Notes under the pieces: model-generated
What the model was told of the DNA's origin: nothing
Databases searched by the model: none
What the model saw: the letters and a program-made list of their open reading frames with translations, nothing else
Shown: piece after piece, positions 28,929-43,713 of the stretch
How the letters are laid out: each line of letters opens with the position of its first letter
Position numbering within the stretch: position 1 is the first letter of the stretch
Position numbers and translations under genes: made by a program
Source: Octopus vulgaris
Taxonomy: Eukaryota
Direction: 5' to 3'
Assembly (NCBI GenBank): GCA_951406725.2
Contig: OX597830.1
Coordinates: 78,802,001 to 78,866,000, forward strand
Length of the DNA: 64,000 nucleotides

Positions 28929-29391
28929 AAGATAGATAGATTCAACGCTCACATAGTTATACACACACACACACACATACACACACACAGAGGCGCAACT
29001 ATTCATTACTTTATAGACCCTAAGCATTGCGTCTCTCCAGCAGAGAATCACTTAGTTTGAAAAATGCAAGAAAGTGGAAACAAGATGAATAAGAAAAATA
29101 TATATAAATAAATAAATAAATAAATAAAGTAAAGTAAACCAGCACCGCAACAAAACAAAAATACAACATTGAAACAAAACAAAATAAAATGTATTCTTCC
29201 TGTATGAATGCCATAAATAACAAGATATACAACAATAACTACTGCAACAGTAACAACAACAGCAATAAAAATATTAAAAAATAAGTCTTGGAAAACAACA
29301 CAAAAATAATAAGACAAAAATAAAAAATAAAAGCGGGGTGTGATTTAGAAGGGGAGAAATTTTGCTTTGCTTGTTTAGAGATTTGTGTGTG

Positions 29392-29449
<58 letters not shown>

Positions 29450-29671
29450 TGTGTGTGTGTTTGTGTGTGTGTCTGTGTTTGTGTGTGTGTGTGTGTGTGT
29501 ACGCAGCTATATATATATATTTGCGTGTGTGCATGCGTATATGTACATACATACACATATACACATACACACACACACACAAACACACACACAGATGCAC
29601 ACACACATACATACAGTGTGCATGTATTTATGTATATATGCATGTATATATACATATCTTTATATACATAT

Positions 29672-29705
<34 letters not shown>

Positions 29706-29711
29706 CATGCA

Positions 29712-29749
<38 letters not shown>

Positions 29750-29791
29750 TGCATATATGTACATATGAACATACACGTGTGCACATATATG

Positions 29792-29832
<41 letters not shown>

Positions 29833-30339
29833 CATACATGCATATATACAAATATATATATAAGTATATAAATGGATATATATATTTATATATAGTTATA
29901 TATAATTATATATATAGTTATATATATTTATATCTATATAAATATAGAGAGAGAGGTATATATATATATATATAGATATAGATATGTATATATGTATATG
30001 TATACATATATATCTATCTATCCGCGCGTGTGTAGGGGTGGGGTTGTGTCTAATATGTATATGTGTGTGTTTGTGTGAGTTACACTCATTACTGTTTCTT
30101 TCTTTTCTTTGTCGCTTGTTTGGCAATTGTTTTGGTAAATGTTGCGTTTCGGTTTGTCAAGAACGCAGACCATTGTTTCACCTGAGTCCGTTACTCTAGC
30201 CTCCACCCACGCCCCGCAACTTTCCCAAGACAATAATACATCGAACTAGTCCGTAATTCCAAAAGAAACGAACATTGCTGATCTGAGTTTAGGGGGCCCC
30301 GTTATGTGCGTTCATATCTACACTCAAATGTATACAGCA

Positions 30340-30410
<71 letters not shown>

Positions 30411-30464
30411 AAATATATATATATATATACACATATACACACGCATACATACATACATTACGTA

Positions 30465-30519
<55 letters not shown>

Positions 30520-30650
30520 TTTGTGTACGTGATTATATATATACACGCATTCAAACGCGTGTATATAATATATATTTTTGTGTGTGTATGTGTATGAGTG
30601 TGTATGCGTGAGCGTGTGTATGTATATATGTACACATATATATGATATGA

Positions 30651-30685
<35 letters not shown>

Positions 30686-30853
30686 GTATATGTACATGCA
30701 TATATCTGTATGTATGCATACATACATACATATATGTGCGTGTGTTCTGTATTTGTGTGTGGCCATGTACGTTTGCGAGTGTATATCAATATATGTTTAT
30801 ATGTGCTTATGTATGGTAACCATTTGGGTATAAGTATATAGGCATTATATACA

Positions 30854-30901
<48 letters not shown>

Positions 30902-30915
30902 TATATATGGAGAGA

Positions 30916-30967
<52 letters not shown>

Positions 30968-31295
30968 AAGAAGATAGATTTATAAATATTTTCTACATAC
31001 ATATATTCCGTTTTCGATGTATAAACGAATGCATTAATGAAAGTGTATGTATACATGTATAAACACGTGTGTATATAGACGCAACGATTCGTATATCTTC
31101 ATATATGAGTGTGTGCGTATTTGTGTGGATATGTAAGTATGCATGTAGGTATGTAGGCGTGTGTGTGTGTGTATATGTGTTTGTGTGTGTGTGTTTGTGT
31201 GTATTGATGTATTGCTTTATATGTGCGTGTGAGTGTGTGTATGCTTCTGGAAGATATTAATCAATTTTCCGCGGAGTTTTTAGAGCTACTGGGTT

Positions 31296-31364
<69 letters not shown>

Positions 31365-31620
31365 TGTATATATATATATACACTCATATATCTATGTATG
31401 TATGTACGTATGTATATATGTATGTATGTATGTACGTATATATGTATATGCGTGTATATATATATAGAGGGAGAGAGATGAACATGTGTATATATATATA
31501 AATATATATATATACATATATATATATTCATAAATATATGTATATGTAAATACATAAATATATGTATGTTTATATGTATATATATATATATCCACATACA
31601 TCTATACATATGTTCTACAT

Positions 31621-31651
<31 letters not shown>

Positions 31652-31703
31652 GTGTGTGTGTGTGGGTGTGTATTGTGTGTGTGTGTGTGTGTCCGTGTAT
31701 TGT

Positions 31704-31745
<42 letters not shown>

Positions 31746-32061
31746 GTGTATTGTGTGTGAGTGTGTGGGGATATGACAGTCGCCTTGCAGAAATACTGGA
31801 CTAAATATCTATTAGTTAGATTTTTACTATGACAGCTTATGACTCTAAGTGATAAATGACCGACCCAGGTGGGAATCGAACTCACGTCTACCTTTATTGC
31901 ATCGAAGCATGTCAACAACTCCAAGCTCCGGGTTTAATCAATCATAGTGTAACAGGTAATCCAAATATTAATTTGTTTTACTGGCGGCTTGACACAACGA
32001 GATATTGGGGGGGGAGCTACAGATTAGGGGTGGGGAGGATTAAAGATATATATACATATAT

Positions 32062-32144
<83 letters not shown>

Positions 32145-32367
32145 TATTGATAGATAGATAGATATAGATATAGATATATATATACATATATATAATGCCT
32201 AGAAACATATATATATATAAACATATATATATACCTACATACATATATATATATGCACACACACATACGCATCTATATCTATATGCATATATACAAATAC
32301 ATGTCTGTATGTGCACGTTATACATTTTCTATATATATATGTATGTATATATATATATATATGTATG

Positions 32368-32403
<36 letters not shown>

Positions 32404-33026
32404 AGTATGTATGCATGAGTGTGTGTGTATGTATGTATGTATGTATGTATGTATGTATGTATGTATGTATGTATCTATGTATGTATGTATAAATAAATAA
32501 ATATATGTATACTGTACATCTAATAGTGAAAGTGAAAGAGAAAGGACGAAGGAAATACAAAAGGATATTGTGAAATAGTTGGAAAGAGGGTGGATTTAAA
32601 CGCGAGGAAACGTTAAAGAGAGGAGCATATGAGGAAGAGTTGCGGAAATAGAGACGGGCTGTGTGACAGTAGAAAAAATATGACAAAGATATAAAGGGAA
32701 AGGTGGAAAGAACGAAAGAAAGATAGAAGAGAGAGAAGGAGAGAGAGATAGAGAGAGAGAGAGAAGAAAGAGGGTTAAGTAATAAAGGAAAGTTTTCCTG
32801 TGTAGTAGTTTGACAATGGGGGGGGACGATAGCGAGAAAGAGTGAACGGTGTTTCGATTAGTTTTGATTTAAGTACGTAAGTGACGCTTTCATAAAAGTT
32901 GAAATGTGTCTGAGTATATATATATATATGAATGAACGCATGCATTTGTGCGTGTGTATGTGTATGATAATAGAATATATTATGTATGTATGTATTTATG
33001 CATGTGCGTGTGTACGAGTGTGTATG

Positions 33027-33085
<59 letters not shown>

Positions 33086-34005
33086 ACACGGAGAGAGAAA
33101 TATGCATACGTTGGCTAAAATGTTCCCTTCACAAGCGCGTGGAGGCTTCTGGTTCAATCTCACCACGTTGAATATGAATAAGTCTTTTATACTATAGCGC
33201 CGGGCTGACTTATGCTTGGTGAATGAATTTGGTAGATGGAAACTGCGTGAAACCACGAAGAAGTCTCGGAAACCAACTGCAGAGAATATCAGCTCCGAAT
33301 ATTTCTTGTATCGCGTTTTCGCCCAGTTTCATCTATTTTTCCTCTTTGTCTAATTTTAGAAATATACGTTGCAGCGCAAAATACCCCGTTTGGTTACTTA
33401 ATTGTAAAAATATTTACCTGAATATTTGTAGAGTAACTTTTAACTCTTTCTTCTTTACTCTCTCTTTTTTCTTTCCCTACCATCCTCACTCTTACTCTTC
33501 TGCCTCTCTCTTTCCCTCTCTCATTCCCTAATCCATCCACCACACCCTCTCTCTCCTACCACCTGACCGGTGTCCACTCAAAGTACATCGTTCCTTTTCA
33601 GCCTGCTCCTGACCAAACCAGACACGTTTGAGTTCTGTCCATCAAGGACACTTTCCATTTTTTGCGTTACCTTACTACGTCTGCCATGATCGCCGAAAAG
33701 GTTTTTTATTTTGTTTGTATTGTATTGTTTTAGTACGACATACGTATAATTATTCTTTTTACTCATTGTACAGCCATAGGGTATTTTCTGTTGTATATGT
33801 ACCATTCCTTGTCTGTTGTCGTTATTTCTTACTGTACACGCAATGTTATTTTGTCCTGTTCTCGCGCACATTCATCAGCCTTTTCCTGTAGCTCTATGCT
33901 CTGGCGCTCACGTTGATAACAGCGGTTTTGATTGTAAATAACACGAAACCACTATGACATCTCGGAAACCAACAGATGAGAAAATCAGCTGCGAATACAT
34001 ATACA

Positions 34006-34039
<34 letters not shown>

Positions 34040-34395
34040 CATACATACATATATAGATATATAAACACACACACACACATACATACATACATACATACAT
34101 ACATACATACATACATACATACATACATACATACATACATACATAAAGGCAGAGAGGGAATGTGTACATATGTATTTAGGGATTTGATCTTTTACCATTC
34201 AATAAAAGAGACCGTTAAAATATTACCAGACTTAAGATAAATACTGGAATCGGTTTATCCAGCTAAAACTTTCCTAGAGGTGTCCCAGTCTGTCCACAGT
34301 ACAATTAATGAAACAAATAAAACAATAAAAGAGTGTCTGTACGTAGTGACTAAGTGTGTGTGTGTTTTACATAAAGAGAAGAGATATATAGACAA

Positions 34396-34433
<38 letters not shown>

Positions 34434-34654
34434 CTACGTGTGTATGTATATATATATATATATATAAATATACAAGATAAGAAAATGGAGAAATACATCT
34501 AAATCAAATATCAATTATAAGATTATACTCAATCACATACTTTATTAAACCACCACATAAGAGACTGTAGGGTTAAACATAAAAAAGCAGAACAAATCAG
34601 TGTACATAAAAGAGTAATGTTGTATAATAAGTAGAATATATATAAAAAAGAGAA

Positions 34655-34940
34655 TATAAATATAAGTAAATATAAATATAAGTAAATATAAATATAAGTA
34701 TAGATTACATCTTACAGCTGTTTCGGCCATGTAGATAAGTATGTCTAAGGTATTGAATTTGTGAATATTTGCAATAAATAGTATTTTTCTGTGAGTTTTG
34801 TTTCTTTGGGTTATTAGCATATTCCTACTGCACTGTTTCTTTTGGAACACCCTGTATAAGTAAATATAAATATAAGTAAATATAAATATAAGTATAGATT
34901 ATATCTTACAGCTGTTTCGGCCATGTAGATAAGTATGTCT
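34655..34940 (-). repeat. Duplicated Penelope-like terminus carrying the 3' half of a hammerhead
   Basis: Minus strand GGCC-GAAAC-AGCU-GUA-AGAU occurs twice (~34709-34730 and ~34902-34923); no CUGANGA half present. Confidence 0.5.
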
Positions 34941-35506
34941 CATTTTACCACTATTATTAAATAAATAATGTGCTATGGTGTACGACACTTTAGCAGTGAG
35001 TTTTGTGTTCTATTATCAGACCTACATTAAAATCTTTTATATTGATCTAATATTTTACATTTGAGTGAAATCTAAAATGCAGATTTCAAACCACCTTACA
35101 GCGCGAAAATCACTTATTAAGAATGAATATGCAAGTCACCGTTTTGCTTCTCCCTGTTTACCGTGGTTTATTATCGGCTAGCAGGCATAAGCGCTCGCCA
35201 AACAATTTGTTTGCTGGAAGCTGTAAACGAACTACAAAACACTTCTTAGATTCATTGGTCCAGGATAGATTTGACTGACGAGACGGAACGAAGCCGAAAC
35301 ACCTGGTGCTCCAAAGTCCTCTTCCTCTAAAGAATCGAGATCGTTATGAAGACACAGACACACACGCGTGTACAAACGCTTTAGCACACACACACACACA
35401 CACAAATATGTGTAATGTAACCGCACGGGGATTGCTGGCGATTTTCCCTCCTTCTCCCTTCCGAGACTTCGTAGTGTCTTAGTGGTTTCACGCTATTTAA
35501 AACCAA

Positions 35507-36790
35507 GAGGTGGTATCAAAAGGTTCCAGGACTAGTTATGTTTAATGAAAAATAACTTACATGTTTTAACATCATCTTTGAAATAGCTAACTTGCGCAGC
35601 ACTACTCTGGTTCCAGTGTTCCAGCCACTTTGGGAATTTGGATTGGAATTAATTGTCCGTAAGAGAATTGAGGACCTTCTGCGATTCACAGGGGATCTCG
35701 ACAACACTTTTAAAATGGCAACTCTTGAGCTGCATTTTCATCTTAGAGAAGAGACGAAGGCCCACAGCTGCTAAATCTGGCGAATGCGGGAGCGATATCG
35801 TTTTGGTTTTGACGAGAAACCAACACGATATCGCTCCTGAGCTGGCAGAAACGTTAGCACGCCGGGCGAAATGCTTAGCAGTATTTCGTCTGCCGCTACG
35901 TTCTGAGTTCAAATTCCGCCGAAGTCGACTTTGCCTTTCATCCTTTCTGGGTCGATTAAATAAGTACCAGTTACGCACTAGGGTCGATATAATCGACTTA
36001 ATCCGTTTGTCTATCCTTGTTCGTCCCCTCTGTGTTTAGCCCCTTGTGGGTAGTAAAGAAATAGGTATTTCGTCTGCCGTTACATTCTGAGTTCAAATTC
36101 CGCCGAGGTCGTCTTTGCTTTTCATCCTATCAAGGTCGATTAAATAAGTACCAGTTACGCACTGGGGTCGATATAATCGACTTAATCCGTTTATCTGTCC
36201 TTGTTCGTCCCCTCTGTATTTAGCCCCTTGTGTGTAATAAAGAAATAGGTTTTGACGAGAAACTCACGAATGAGAAGAGTTCGGTGAAGAATTCAATCCT
36301 TCGCACTCCACAGATTCAATCACTTTCGTCGAATGTCCTCATTCAAACGTTTCAAAACGTCGCAGTAGATCTCGCGATTAGCGATTCGTCCTGCGGGACG
36401 AATTCTCGATGCACAATACCACATTTCTGGGGTTGACGCTCATGGCACGTCTTTCACTCACAGAGACCTTCTTCTGCTTTGGAGGCGCCTGTGCCACTTG
36501 AAACATGGCGTACGACTCATTGCCTCGTCGCCGTAAGTTTGCCGAAGCATGGTCAATGTCTCTGTAGCAGATTTCCCAAGTTTAACTATTTCATATTGGC
36601 TCCTTGTTCCTGACCATGATAAAATCGCGGGCTAACGGCATATCTACGGGATCAGAAAAACCCAACTTTCACAACTTGTGAAGTAAACACAGTCATGTCA
36701 CTCGGTACACTGCCTCATTAAGGCCACTGCTAGCTCTCACCGTGCGCACGCAACCGTGTGCTGTCATCTGTTGGCGCGCTACAGAACTAG
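35507..36790 (-). pseudogene. Decayed mariner-family element interrupted by a SINE dimer
   Basis: Remnant ISLPHSPDLAA..LFSKMKMQLK..F; terminus GAGGTGGTATCAAAAGGTTCC; homologous to 38744-39070. Confidence 0.7.
35839..36247 (+). mobile_element. SINE family A head-to-tail dimer with 16-bp TSD
   Basis: Copy 1 spans 35839-36063; copy 2 starts at the internal GGTATTTCGTCTGCC. TSD GGTTTTGACGAGAAAC at 35805-35820 and 36248-36263. Confidence 0.85.
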
Positions 36791-36794
36791 TCAG

Positions 36795-36879
<85 letters not shown>

Positions 36880-36903
36880 ATGTGTGAGAGAGAGTATACA
36901 TAC

Positions 36904-36967
<64 letters not shown>

Positions 36968-37106
36968 TTGCTCTCCAATTAGCTCGTATAGAGTTTTCTC
37001 TGGATTTCTGGGTTTCTTGAGCTTTGATTGATGAAGTTTTCTAAACACACACACACACACACATATGTATATGTATATACGTACATATGTATGCACACAC
37101 TCGCGC

Positions 37107-37169
<63 letters not shown>

Positions 37170-37211
37170 TATATACATATATATACATAGACATATATAT
37201 ATATACGTACA

Positions 37212-37298
<87 letters not shown>

Positions 37299-37829
37299 AT
37301 AATAATCACTAATAGATCTTCAAGCAAAAGTTACAGGTTAGGAAATCCTTTTAAATGGTAAAACTTCGAAGGTTTTATTTTGTTTTTGTCTGTTAAATGT
37401 GTGTGTGAGTGTAAGTATGTATGTATGTGTGTGTATGGCTTGTTTGCTTTAATATTGTTAGTTTGTTTGGGGTGGGGTTGAGTTTTTTTTTTCATTTCTT
37501 GCGATTCTTTTAATCTTGTAACTTAAGTAAATAATCTGTAAAATTGATGAAGGGGAGGAAAATTCGGAAAAAAAGTAATGAAAGAAAATATTAGATCAGA
37601 TTTGTGTTTATGGAAAAGCTGACATTTAAATAAAGCTCTTAGCATAGAAATAGAACTTGTTGAAGCTTCATGCTTTGCTAGGCACACTTAAATCCTGAAA
37701 GCCCTTTGATGTGATTACAGAACCTACTTAACAAAGTTGGTGCGAAAAAGGACTAGGCGAAACTTGGTTAGCCTGATAGAGTGGCTGGGTTAACCAAGAT
37801 TCCTGGATTGAACTAAGAAGCGTTGTCTA

Positions 37830-38290
37830 AACTTAGCTGGTTTGACCAGGCAGGGCTGCGCTGAGCTGAGGTGATATTAGTAGGCTGGGCTGAGTTCGAG
37901 TGAGCCGATCTGAGATCGACTGGGCTGAGCTGAGATCGGCTGTGGCGAGCTGAGACTGGTTGGGTTGAATTGAGATTGGCTGAGCTGAGCTGAGATTGGT
38001 CGGGGTGAATTGAGTTCCACTGGCATTAGCTAAGGTAGGCTGGGCTGAGCTGAACTGAGATCGACTGGGCTGAGCAGAGATTGGCTAGGATGAGCAGAGA
38101 TCTGGTGGGTTGAGCTATAATGGTAAGAGTTCGCTAGGTTTACTGAGGAGGTAAATCTGAGCTTAGAGTAGACCACGTTGAGCTAGGTTAGGCTAGTCTT
38201 AGCTAGACTAGATTGGGTGGGGTGGGACTTTACCAGGGTTCAGCTAATATAAGTTTGGTTAGACTACGCTGGACAAGAGTGAATTGGATG
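37830..38290. repeat. Degenerate pentameric satellite (GAGCT/GGGCT/GAGAT)
   Basis: Repeated GGGCTGAGCTGAGATCGGCT-like 20-mers built from 5-mers. Confidence 0.8.
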
Positions 38291-38743
38291 TTTATGACAA
38301 AATATATAACTGATTTCATATATTAAGATAAAACTTACTTGGAAAAGAATGCGTGGCATTCGATCATATAATAATATAAATAATATATAAATATATTCAT
38401 ATATACATATATATGTAGGTATGTACAAAAATGTATGTATATATGCATAAATTTATACATGATTTCATATATATTATTCGGCACTTCGGAAAGTTACATG
38501 GCAATGTGAACCTCGGTAGAATTTGTACTCTAAACAAAGTTACACACCATTAAATATCAAGCCTCCACGAAAGTGTAGAATGGCTGAATTGGTAGAGTGC
38601 CTGGCAGCACACACATTGGTATTACATAACATCGATTTGCGTTGAGTTCAAATCCCGCCAAGACCGAATTCGTATTTTATTTATTCAGGGTTCCTTGCAT
38701 GGAACAGTGGAGAGAAGTTACAGATTCTATTCACCTCTCATAT

Positions 38744-39070
38744 ACGAGGCGATATCAAAAAGCTCCATGACTAATTATGTTTAATTAAATAAAATAATAA
38801 CTAATTCACCTAAGTTTTAACATCATCACCTTCGAAATAGTCAACCTTGCGCTGCAATACACCGGTCCTAGCGTTCCTCTTACATTTGGAATCCGGCATG
38901 GAAGCCATTTTCCGTAAGCAAATCGAGGACCTTCGCTGATTCGTTCGGGATCTCGACAACGGTGTTAAAACGGCGACTTTTCAGCCGTATTTTCATCCTG
39001 GGGAAGAGATGGAAGTCCGCGGCTGCTAAATCTGGCGAATAGGGCAAATGCGGTAGTGATACCATGTTGC
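38744..39070 (-). pseudogene. Mariner transposase C-terminal fragment with TIR
   Basis: ORF 38880-39080 LPHLPYSPDLAAADFHLFPRMKIRLKSRRF; terminus TACGAGGCGATATCAAAAAG. Confidence 0.8.
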
Positions 39071-39074
39071 GAAA

Positions 39075-39310
39075 GCGCATGGCTCAGTTGTTAGAGCGTC
39101 GAGCTTACGATCGTGAGGTTGTGAGCTCGAATCCCGTACCGGCCTGCGTGTTGTGTTCATGAGCGAGACACTTTATTTCACGTTGCTCCAGTTCATTCAG
39201 CTGTAGAAAGGAGTTGTAACGTCACAGGTGCCAAGCTGTATTGGCCGTTGCCTTTCTCTTGGATAACACTGGTGGAGTGGAGAGGGGAGGCCGGTATGCA
39301 TGGGCGACTG
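39075..39310 (+). mobile_element. SINE family D
   Basis: GCGCATGGCTCAGTTGTTAGAGCG...CTCGAATCCC...GTGTTCATGAGCGAGACACTTTATTTCAC. Confidence 0.75.
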
Positions 39311-39316
39311 CATACC

Positions 39317-39715
39317 TGCAGGAGTGGCTGTGTGGTAAGTAGCTTGTTTACCAACCACATGGTTCCGGGTTCAGTCCCACTGCGTGGCACCTTGGGCAAC
39401 TGTCTTCTACTACAGCCTCGGGCCGACCAATGCCTTGTGAGTGGATTTGGTAGACGGAAACTGAAAGAAGCCTGTCGTATATATATGTATATATATATAT
39501 GCGTGTGTGTGTTTGTGTGTCTGTGTTTGTCCCCCTAGCATTGCTTGACAACAGATGCTGGTGTGTTTACGTCTCCGTAACTTAGCGATTCGGCAAAAGA
39601 CACCGATAGAATAAGTACTGGGCTTACAAAGGATAAGTCCTGGGGTCGAATTTGCTCGACTAAAGGCGGTGCTCCAGCATGGCCACAGTCAAATGGCTGA
39701 AACAAGTAAAAGAGT
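39317..39715 (+). mobile_element. SINE family B, full length
   Basis: Matches the B consensus. Confidence 0.85.
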
Positions 39716-40101
39716 ATATAATCATACATATTTTTTTTTTTAAAAAGACTCATAGATTTATATACATAATGACGGCGTTTTCAACCAATACATACATGCA
39801 CATATATGTATGTAAGTATGCATGTATATACGTACGTATATATCTTTTAAATGTGTATAACCAAATGTTTCTTCAATATATTTTTATATTATTTTTATAC
39901 GAATATATTTACATTATTACTGAGTACACAGCTGAAACGCTTCAAAGAGAAATAAATTTGTTTCTTATGCTTTCTTTGCGAAATATCCAAATATTTAAAT
40001 GTGTGTGAGTGTGCGTCTAAGAATATACATACTTATGTATGTATGTATGTATGTATGTATGTATGTATGTATGTATGTATGTATGTATGTATGTATGTAT
40101 G

Positions 40102-40166
<65 letters not shown>

Positions 40167-40181
40167 ATGTATGTATGTATG

Positions 40182-40212
<31 letters not shown>

Positions 40213-40215
40213 CTG

Positions 40216-40254
<39 letters not shown>

Positions 40255-40403
40255 ATGTATGTATGTATGTATATATACATGCAGAAAATTACATATACAT
40301 ATATATATATATATATGTACACATACTTTTGCATGTGTGTTTAAGTGTATGTATATAAGGATGCTTACTTGTGTGTGTGTATGTATGTGTGTTTGTGTGC
40401 GTG

Positions 40404-40450
<47 letters not shown>

Positions 40451-41000
40451 GTATAGAAATATATATATATATATATACACACGCACACGCACACACGCAC
40501 ATATGCACGCACATACGCACGGGATAACAGTTCCACTTCTAACTTATAGTCAACCTCTTGGTTCTGGCTCCTTGATCCACAAGGAGCAACCACCGAACGG
40601 ACACCGCCCTTCCGTCTTTCGGCACTCCACACACCCACTCCTACGACCATCACATCACCACCATCACCACCAGCACTACGCCTACTACTACAAATACACA
40701 CACACACGCACACCTTTCTCTGACAATACTTCAATAACCTACCTACTCGTGTACCCTTTAGCCGCCATCTTCTTTAATAGCCCTTATGCTCTTATCTTAA
40801 TTCTGCTTCCTCCTATAATCCGGAAGGAGCTTTAAGATCTAAAGCAGTTTCACTCCTACTTAAGTAGTTTGTATATAGATACGTGAATCGGATTTCACGA
40901 TTCTTGATGTATATGTAATAGTATTTGAGTGAGAAAACGAGTGAACATAATTTAAATACATACATACATACATACATACATACATACATACATACATACA

Positions 41001-41392
41001 AATAATTGGAGTCCTGGGATATGTAACACACTGCCTAAATACCAATCTTGAGAAATTAGGCTTCTCGAAACCAGAAAGGAGAAAGCTAATTCGAAGACTA
41101 CAGATCCAATCCATCACTGGAACTGTAAAGATATGTAAAACTTTCCGGAAGTTTATAATTTTAATACATGTGAGCATGTCTAGTTATGCAACTATATGCA
41201 TGAGAATACATACATAAAACATATACATTTGCACATACATACATACATACATACATACATACAAACAAACAAACAAAAATATCCGGTTGTTGATGTTGAA
41301 ATTTCAATGAAGGAGCCTTGGATCGAGGTTAGAAACCGACCGGTTCTTTCTCTATTGGCAAGAAATCTTGAAATAAAACTGAACAATGACAT
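41001..41392 (+). pseudogene. 5'-truncated RLE-clade LINE 3' end embedded in (TACA)n
   Basis: Manual translation from 41002: IIGVLGYVTHCLNTNLEKLGFSKPERRKLIRRLQIQSITGTVKICKTF. Followed by a 3' UTR; (TACA)n on both sides. Confidence 0.65.
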
Positions 41393-41424
41393 GCATACAT
41401 ACATACATACATACATACATACAT

Positions 41425-41463
<39 letters not shown>

Positions 41464-41529
41464 CATACACACACACACACATGCATGTACACATAGACAC
41501 GCATATATGTAAGGTTGCCTCACATACGC

Positions 41530-42365
41530 CTGTTTCCGTGCTACGTGGCCATTAAGGGGACATTTAGTGTTACCGTTACATGACCACACTGCTTCTGTCT
41601 CAGGTGTTACCTTTTAACTCTTTTTACACTAAATGCACAGTTAAAAGAAACTGTTAAGGTGTGCCTATTAAAAATTTTATTGAACCCATTCGTACAGGGA
41701 AAATGTTTATCCATTAAACTAAGGAAAATCCTACCCACACAAGTTTTTTCGTTTAAGAAGCGGGTGTGATCCACAAAACTTGTCGGTGACATTTTCTCTT
41801 GTAGTAATTAGGATCTAATCCTATCCTTAAAACCGCTGGCAGTCAGAACTTCATTGTAGTTCAGGGCAGCACCGTCAAAAATCCCTTTACTTGAAGATAG
41901 GTTGGAGAGACTTCTGTAAACTCCTTTATCAGGTTCCTGAACTCATTGGCTAGATCGCAGGAAGCTTCACATTCGGCTTCCTATAAGGCCCATAGGCACC
42001 ATATTCCAAGTTCAAGGTCAACATCAAGGAAATCCACTGTCTTCAAGTTGGTTTCTATTGTTACCTCGAGGACAAGGGAATTCATGGAGTTGGTGAGGTC
42101 CTTCCTAGGACTATCGGGTATATAACTGTTCGCCCATCTTGATATTGCCAGAGAATCATCTCTGTCGAGGCCAAAGCTACTGGAAGAGAATTTCTTCTTA
42201 AGTAAATTTAGGACGAAGGAACCGATGCGGTCGTACATGTCAGCACGGTCGAATGCGCCTATCGCTACGTTGAAGGAGTCTTCTGATTTAGTGTGCTTGG
42301 CCCAGGCCGACCCCTTGTTGAAGAATAAAGTTTTTCTGGTGTGGATGATGATGCCTATGTTATCT
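41530..42365 (-). pseudogene. Penelope-like element reverse transcriptase/linker relic
   Basis: Frameshifted remnants: IIIHTRKTLFFN..FNVAIGAFDRAD..GLDRDDSLA..TIETNLKTVDFLDVDL (YRDD-like RT); VGRIFLSLMDKHFP..KIFNRHTLTVSF; CNGNTKCPLNG (Cys-rich linker). Confidence 0.8.
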
Positions 42366-42431
42366 AATTTCAAGTTTATAAAATCAGACAAATAATGGCA
42401 TGGAATATATAACACACACATGAACACATAC

Positions 42432-42500
<69 letters not shown>

Positions 42501-42505
42501 CATAC

Positions 42506-42543
<38 letters not shown>

Positions 42544-42558
42544 CACATACATATATAC

Positions 42559-42667
<109 letters not shown>

Positions 42668-42787
42668 CGTCGTGTATGTACGTATTATGTATGTATGTAT
42701 GTATGTATGTATGTATTGGTCGAGTCAGTCTCTTGCTGGTCTGAGTTTCGCCTGTGAGTGTACAGGCCTTAACAATAGATACATACA

Positions 42788-42820
<33 letters not shown>

Positions 42821-43713
42821 TTATATATATTTATATATATATGCGCATAGAGGGAAACAGAGAGAGAGAGAGAGAGAGAAAGAGGGAGAGATAAATATTC
42901 GTTAATTAAAACTAGGTGTAATTTTAGAATTAGATAAAAGAGCTAACACTTAAGATTCCCGCCTACACAAGGGGAGATGGTGGTGCCACTACTTAAATCG
43001 GATTAGAGCACACTGTGTTTATATCCAAACACCTTACCTCACCCACGCTCATACTGGAGCCACATGTACCAAAAGGAACCCGTTAACATTTTCCGTTTGG
43101 GTTGGCACAGGATGCAACTCATGTCTTCAAGTTAATCTTTTATAATAATGGCTTCAAAATTTGGCACAAAGCCAGCAATTTCAGGAATGGGGTAAGTCGA
43201 CTACTCTGCTCAATTGGCAGTTATTTTATCGATTCCGGTTTGCTATCGATTCTGCCATCTCGCCGCCTTAAACTGCAATGTATTATACTGATTTCAAATT
43301 TTGGATCAAGGCCATCGATTTCGGGGAAGCGGTTAAAGTCGGTAACATCGACCCCAGTACTCAAATGGTAGTTATTTTATCGATCCCGAAATGATGAAAG
43401 TCAAATGCAGAATTTGAACTCAGAACGTAGACATGGACGAAACGCCACTAAGCATTTTCCCGGCGGGCTAACTGCAAGCTCACCGCCTTAATAACGGTTT
43501 CTTGTTCAGCAACAAGGCTAGTAATTTGGAGTGGAGAGGGTTTCCTCGATTACATCGGCTTCGGTGCTTGCCTGGTTCTTTCTTTTAGTGAACCTCTGAA
43601 AAGATGAAAGACAAAGTTGACCTCAGCGTGATTTGAACTCAGAACGTACAGAACCGCCACTGAAAATTCTAATGTTTCAGTCAATCCGCCAATTTAGTTT
43701 TATTACCTTAAAA

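Noticed and set aside
31860-31930. tRNA-like sequence on the minus strand with B box GAGTTCGATTCCC
   Set aside because: D and anticodon arms are degenerate; at best a decayed SINE head or pseudogene.
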